Assembly: GCF_009914755.1 (NCBI RefSeq)
Contig: NC_060926.1
Reading direction: 5' to 3' (one strand)
Source: the human T2T-CHM13v2.0 reference genome, Homo sapiens
Length of the DNA stretch: 64,000 nt
Shown: positions 58,330-64,000 of the stretch, one piece after another
Layout of the letters: each line of letters starts with the position of its first letter
How positions within the stretch are numbered: the first letter of the stretch is position 1
Position numbers and translations under genes: made by a program
Notes under the pieces: model-generated
Databases searched by the model: none
What the model was told of the DNA's origin: nothing
What the model saw: the letters and a program-made list of their open reading frames with translations, nothing else

Positions 58330-59205
58330 AAAAAAAACTGTAAAGAGTATAATTAACCAGCAGTGGAGGTACTATGGAATTATATAATGTAATTCAAAAG
58401 AAGGCAGAAAAGGACCTAAGAACAGAAGGGACAAATAGAAAACAGCCAATCTATTTAAACACATGTTTTCTATATGGAAAACAGTATTAAATAGAAATGG
58501 CCTAAACACTTAAAAAGCAGAAGTTGACAGAGTGAATCTAAAAAGCATACCCAACTATTAATACATGCAAGCTAAAAAAATCCTACTTTACATAGGAAAA
58601 CAGAGAGGTCATAAGTAAAGCATGTGAAAAGATATCACAATGCAAACACTAATTTTTTATAAAAAGAATGATTAACACCAAGTATTAGTCCCTCACTTAA
58701 GACAGTCCCTCACTTAAGATGATTTGACATACAAGTTTTCGACTTTACAATAGTGCAAAAGGGATACACGTTCAGGGAGCTCCTCAACTTACAATAGGAT
58801 AAACTCACAGCAGATTGAAAATATCATATATCAGAACACACCTTCAACTTAATATTTTCAACTTGCCATGGGTTTATCAGGACATAACTGTAAGCCAAGG
58901 AACATCTGTAAGCTTCAGAACAAGATCTTGAAAAATTATATTGAAAAAGGGATCAATATATCAAAGGCTGTAAAAGTCCCAAATGTGTTTGCAAATAATA
59001 AGAGAGCGCCAAAAAATCAAAGAAAAGAACTGATAAAACTGAAAGGAGAAAGACAAATCTACAATTGTAGTTGAGAGATTTCAATAGTCCTTTCTCGAGA
59101 AAAGATAAGAGAAAGTAGAAAGAAGTCAATAAAGATATAGAAGATTTGAACACTATCAACCAATTGACCCAACTGACATTTATAGAAAACTGCACTCAAC
59201 AAGAG
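58330..59205 (+). mobile_element. Old L1M fragment (ORF2 endonuclease region)
   Basis: gttgagagatttcaata, gaagatttgaacactatcaaccaattgacccaactgacatttatagaa motifs. Confidence 0.7.
58703..58908. mobile_element. MER47-family Tigger MITE nested in the L1
   Basis: ttttcgactttacaat...atgggtttatcaggacataac...ggaacatctg followed by TA. Confidence 0.65.
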
Positions 59206-60711
59206 TAGAAGACACGGGAGAATGGGGAGAGTTCCTCTTGAGGAAAAATGATTCCCCTGCAAGAGTCATTGTAAAATTCAGTTTACTATATCGATTTTAT
59301 GCTGCTATGTCCACAATCAATAACTATTTTATATTTGTATAATTATCCTTTTTAAGCTATATCCTATTTCCCTGACATCACTCTAGTTGCTCACAGATCA
59401 AGATTTTTAATCTGGTTCTCCAAGAATTTCACCCACTGACCCACTCCTCACATTTATATTAATGAAGTAACACTGATTCTAGAATAATCCTGCAGAAAAC
59501 TGGTAAACCTCTGTAGAAGTAAATCAATTAGCTCAATTTAGCCATTACACCACATATACATATTTCAAAAGAACATACTGTACTTAATAAATATATACAA
59601 TTTTTTCTCAATTAAAAAACTGTGCAAAAAATAAGTAAATGAAATTTCCAAAGATTGAAAACTAAATCATAGAGAGTCATCAAAACACTGGTTATGAGTT
59701 TCTATGGTTTCAAATAAAAAGGGAACATTATATTTAAGTTACAAATATGTATTTAAGTTTAAAAATTAAATAAAAAAATTACAATCTAGTTGCAAAAGTG
59801 TTTGAAAACAGTCTGTAAAGGATAATGGAAGGGAAACTAAAAGCAAAGCTACGGAAGGATACAATGCTCTACAGGTCTACAGAAGTAAAGTTATTCTTAC
59901 TTAGGAATAACTTAGGCCACATGTACAAGTCATTGTTAAAACAAAGGCAGCATAGGTCATTTTCACAAACTGCACAACATCTTTTGGATGGGTAATTATT
60001 TACATCAGAAGATAATGAATGATAAACTATATAAAGCGTAAAGAATTGAAACAAAGACAGTAAGATGAAGAGCATGAATTCCCAGAGAGAGATGATTTTT
60101 GCAAATAGAAAGTTTACAATTTGTTTGAAACAAATCTGAAACATGCTTGAAAATTCATTAAAATCTACTAAAAATAAAATATAACCAATTCATACAACCC
60201 ATATAAACTCTTTTGATAACACAGAAAACATACTAGCCTCATCCATCAAATCGGGATTATTAAAGATATTTAGCTAAAGTTCCTTAAGAAAACGGCACGG
60301 TACAGGGAAGGAGGGTGAATGAGAAACAACATAAAACCACCCTGAATTTTCAAATATTTTGTCGTATATTCAAAATTAATTTACCTATTTTTTAAAAGAC
60401 AGAAAGCATGGTCCTATATTAAATGGCAGTTTATTTTTCAGGACGTTCAGAATCTTCCTAAACAAGATCTAAAGAGAAGGAAATGGATAAAAAAAAGAGG
60501 GGCCAGAACACAGGGTACCTAGAGATAACAAGGTATGGAGATGGGACTCAGCTGCTAGCTACTGTGTCCCAGGGGGCCTTGTGCCCTCTACCTCCTGTTT
60601 TCTCTGAAAACAAATGAGATTTCTTATGCTGCCTTGACTCTATACAGATTTTCCTGCTCTTGAGAGACAAACAGAAGAGTGATACTTTAAAGCTAAAATA
60701 AATGCATTTTA

Positions 60712-61011
60712 TTTATGTTTTCAGACTGAGTCTCACTCTGTTGCCGTGCCAGGCTGGAGTGCAGTGGCGCTATCTCAGCTCACTGCAACCTCCGCCGCCT
60801 GCCCTGCTCCCCACGATTCTCCTGTCTCAGCCTCATGAGTAGCTTGGACTACAGGTGCCTGCCACCATGTTTGGCTAATTTTTGTATTTTTAGTAGAGAT
60901 GGCGTTTCAACATGTTGGCCAGGCTGGTCTCGAACTCCTGACCTCAGGTGATCTGCCTGCCTCAGCCTCCCAAAGTGCTGGGATTACAGGCGTGAGCCAC
61001 TACGCCCAGCC
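60712..61011 (-). mobile_element. Alu (AluSx-like)
   Basis: Antisense dimer; TSD aaataaatg(c/t)atttta at 60696-60711 and 61012-61027. Confidence 0.93.
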
Positions 61012-61223
61012 AAATAAATGTATTTTAAATCTGGGATATATGTTCCAATTAGCTAGACTCTGAAATTTCAGTCTTTAGCCTCAGAGGTCATTAGAACTCT
61101 TCCAAAAATGCACAGAATAAACTACTGATGGATCAGTATGTCTTAACTCACTGGTACACGTATAATTTATAGAAAAACATCAGTAACAATATTATTTACT
61201 ACTGATAATAGCACACACAGTAC

Positions 61224-61511
61224 CTTTTGATAAACTATGGAGCACACAAGATCCTTGACAGCAGATAAAGACAGTTCCTGGGCTTCAATGGTAACACTCT
61301 CCCGTGTGAGGCCAATTTGCAGTAGAAATGAAACTGTATGCACTGAGCCTCTGGAGTTGGTGAGTGATGGTGCACTGAAGCTTCCATTAGAGAGTCGGGC
61401 AGAGAGTCCCGTCTTAGGACTTGAACACGGAGAAGCAGCTGGAAGCACAGCAGGAATAGCTGTGGGTAATACAGACTTCTGGGCTGATGGAGGGGAATTA
61501 TTTGCAGACAT
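61224..61511 (-). CDS. PRKD3: PRKD3 coding exon 1 (aa 1-96; N-terminus and start of ubiquitin-like domain)
   Basis: ATG at 61511; MSANNSPPSAQKSVLP...VCSIVYQK matches the human PKD3 N-terminus; donor AAG|GTACTG; 288 nt, phase 0. Confidence 0.98.
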
Positions 61512-62166
61512 CTGCCTTTCTTTAATCTTTTAAAATAGTTGTCGATTCTTTTTCAATGGTTATGAAGAGGTTTTTAAAATAACAGCAGTAAAGAAAATGA
61601 CCGCACTTTTGGATTTAGTTGAAAACTTCTTTATTTCCTCTGTTAAGCCACTCATGCCGATACTTTTAAGTTTTATCAAGGAGTTGAATGCCCCAAAGGT
61701 CCTATTTCTCTTAATATCAGTCCCATCAAAAAGCAGTCTTGTCTGTAGGAAGACAACCAGGGATTTGTAAAGGATTTAACATCACTGAGCTATCCTCAGC
61801 AGGATAGAGTTGACGTAGCTTATTTACGAATCTATTTTCCTTTCAGTCTGTACTTGTCTCTTTAATTTCAGGAAATACATATTGAATAAAAGTTGTTTTT
61901 CTGTCAAGGTGAAATCCTCTTCGTTTAAAAAACAGTAAGTGTTTTGGATTAATCTATTCAGTACTTTTCCTTTGGTTTACTAATTTGATAGGACACCTTC
62001 TCAAATGTCCACACCTTAAATCACCTTCTCAAATGTCCTCATTTTCATTCTGGGGGGATGAACTTTTCTATGACGAAATACAAAGCTTTTTAAAATAGTA
62101 CAGGCATATTTCATTAGATGAATGGGTCCATCGAGAAAAGCTGATGCTTTCTGACATATAGTTAGC
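61512..62166 (-). other. PRKD3: 5' UTR part (655 nt) of the 943-nt start-codon exon of PRKD3
   Basis: Acceptor TTTCCTTCCAG|GCTAAC at 62167/62166; repeat-free sequence continuous with the ATG; agrees with my recollection of the annotated exon size (not verified here). Confidence 0.8.
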
Positions 62167-62784
62167 CTGGAAGGAAATTTTTTAAAGGTTTTTAATACTT
62201 TATATTCATTCGACATTAATTTAAAAATAAGAACATAACTTTTTTAAATGACAATTTTTGGTCATATGCTTATAATTCACTAATAAATCCTAATGGGTAG
62301 CAATTTTTGGCTAGTTAGCAAAGACTTTTTTTACTATAAGTATAATTTCAGGGAGAGGCTCGAAAAATATCCTTGGCACTCTACACTGATACCTAAAACT
62401 TAAACATTAAACATTTTTTAAAATTTACCTCATTTTTAATCAATGAAGACCAAACACTTCTATGTTACAATTACATGACTGAGTTATATCAAAAACAGAA
62501 GGGACAAAAAACAGTAAAACTGACATTTTCATAGACATACAATACATGCCACCCCACCACACAAAAGATGTACAATACTTTCCTAATACAAGAGTATTCT
62601 TTTTTTAATATTACAATACTAATTCTGCCGAAACATGACTCTTGACTTGCTTTGTTGAAACATTCCTTTCAGAAGGCTAAGGAAGCAGGAGGGGATATAC
62701 TGAACAGTTAAATGATCAATAAGTGTGAAAGCTGACATACTTATCACAGGAACATAAGAGAAAGGGATCTCACCATAAGGGATT

Positions 62785-62874
62785 TCTCCTATCCAGGTCC
62801 TAACTAGGCCCAACAATGCTTAGCTTCCAAGATCAGACAAGATCAGGCACATTTGGGGTGGTGTGGCTGTAGAC
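62785..62874 (-). pseudogene. 5S rRNA retropseudogene, 3'-truncated (nt 1-90), tailless
   Basis: Ungapped manual alignment to human 5S (GTCTACGGCC...GGATGGGAGA): 74/90 identical, all 7 CpGs mutated; degenerate 14-bp TSD. Confidence 0.93.
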
Positions 62875-63294
62875 CACAAAGCATTTCTAACAGTAAGAAA
62901 GAGAACAGTAGGTATAGTTAAATATGTATCATAATTTCTAGGAAAGCACAGGTCAAAAAGTTAAAAAAAAAAAAAGGTATGACCCAACCCCTCCACATGG
63001 CTTAGGCGTGAAACAGCTCATAATTGATGGTTCTTTCTAAGTTCCAGCTATATACCCATAAATAATTCCAATGAAGAGAAAGAGTAAATCATCCAATGTG
63101 GCTGCAGAGTAACTCTCTGCAGAGTAGTTAATGGGTTAAATTAGGAAGAACGTGACAGAAGGGCAAAAGCACACAACTATAGTATTAGGAATGGGAAAGC
63201 TCAGGAAAAAACTGAGACTTTAAAAAAAACTGAAGATGAAAGCTTTCATAGCTACTTTCAAGTAAATGATCATTATTCCATCTTATATAATGTA

Positions 63295-63470
63295 CAACAC
63301 TTGATAGTTTACAAATGTTTCACATACTTTACCTCATAACTCTTTGAAAGTTGACAGGGTAGAAATCATTTTTGTAGACAAGAAAATTGAAGCACAAGGC
63401 GATAACGCAACTTGCCCAGCAGCACATGGTTATTAATAGGTGGAGCGGGAATTAGAAGCCAGGTTTTGTA
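63295..63470 (-). mobile_element. MIR SINE
   Basis: agtttacaaa...aagaaaattgaagcacaag...aacttgccca...gggaattagaagccagg. Confidence 0.65.
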
Positions 63471-63659
63471 CTTTCTTACCAGTGCTGTCTCCACAAGAAC
63501 ACACTATTTCTCGAAGAGAACAAGGAACTAAGAATCACTGCTCAGAGGATGTTGCTAAGGTTGAGAAATCGCACAGAAAGACAGACTGCTCAACTTGTAT
63601 TTTGCTTATCTTCTCCACAGTTTTAAACTAAAACTGCAGAAAGGCATTGAGAACTGAAA

Positions 63660-63850
63660 CCTGAGACAAATGACTAAGACTATAACAACTTTACATGAGT
63701 TTGAGTCTCTGGGTCCAGATGCAGTCCATTCCATACTACTAAAGCAATTCACAAATGTAATCACAAAGCTGACTCCTGCAATCTTGGAGAAAGAGCTCAA
63801 AAAGACAGATATAATCATGGCCTGGAGATTTGTAGAGCGGTTTCAAGTTC
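63660..63850 (+). mobile_element. L3/CR1 LINE fragment (upstream of RT core)
   Basis: Translation LHEFESLGPDAVHSILLKQFTNVI...ILEK...W resembles CR1 KSPGPDxxHPRVLKEL...W. Confidence 0.65.
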
Positions 63851-64000
63851 TGGCGGCTGGAGAAGCAGGAAAGCAAATTTCAGAAATTACAAACATAAAA
63901 AATAATGAAGCAAATGGTTTGTGAATAACTAGAGAAGAATATAATGATCACTAGAAGTCAACCACATTTACATCTTGGAAAATAATGATTATTAGGCTTC

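Noticed and set aside
61237-61533. 98-aa ORF antisense to coding exon 1 (also 19422-19649 and 24715-24993)
   Set aside because: Antisense shadows of real coding exons with no independent promoter or splice support
62167-64000. Possible PRKD3 promoter
   Set aside because: No CpG island or GC-rich region; the start-codon exon begins with a splice acceptor, so the promoter is probably beyond the window

Overview
Human (primate) genomic DNA, AT-rich and repeat-dense, lying entirely within the PRKD3 gene (protein kinase D3) on the minus strand. Sixteen coding exons were reconstructed with GT-AG boundaries and a continuous reading frame. They run from the ATG at 61511 to c.2413 (804 codons plus one base) at 1675 and encode the ubiquitin-like domain, C1a, C1b, PH and most of the kinase domain. 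The last coding exons lie beyond the left edge; the promoter and non-coding first exon lie beyond the right edge. The introns hold about 27 Alus, L1/L2/CR1/MIR fragments, hAT and Tigger MITEs, a MaLR LTR, an ERV1 solo LTR inside an Alu monomer, a 46-bp VNTR and a tailless 5S rRNA retropseudogene. No prokaryotic-type system or new protein-coding gene is supported. The best leads are post-transcriptional: (1) back-splicing of the 943-nt start-codon exon would fuse PKD3 1-96 in frame to uORF1, giving a 128-aa peptide; (2) the 5' leader has 10 upstream AUGs and an internal alternative acceptor; (3) a stop-free 180-nt kinase N-lobe exon pair is flanked by inverted Alus; (4) several intronic truncation or polyadenylation points surround the kinase N-lobe. 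All are sequence-based hypotheses. Repeat subfamily calls and repeat boundaries were made by eye and are approximate.
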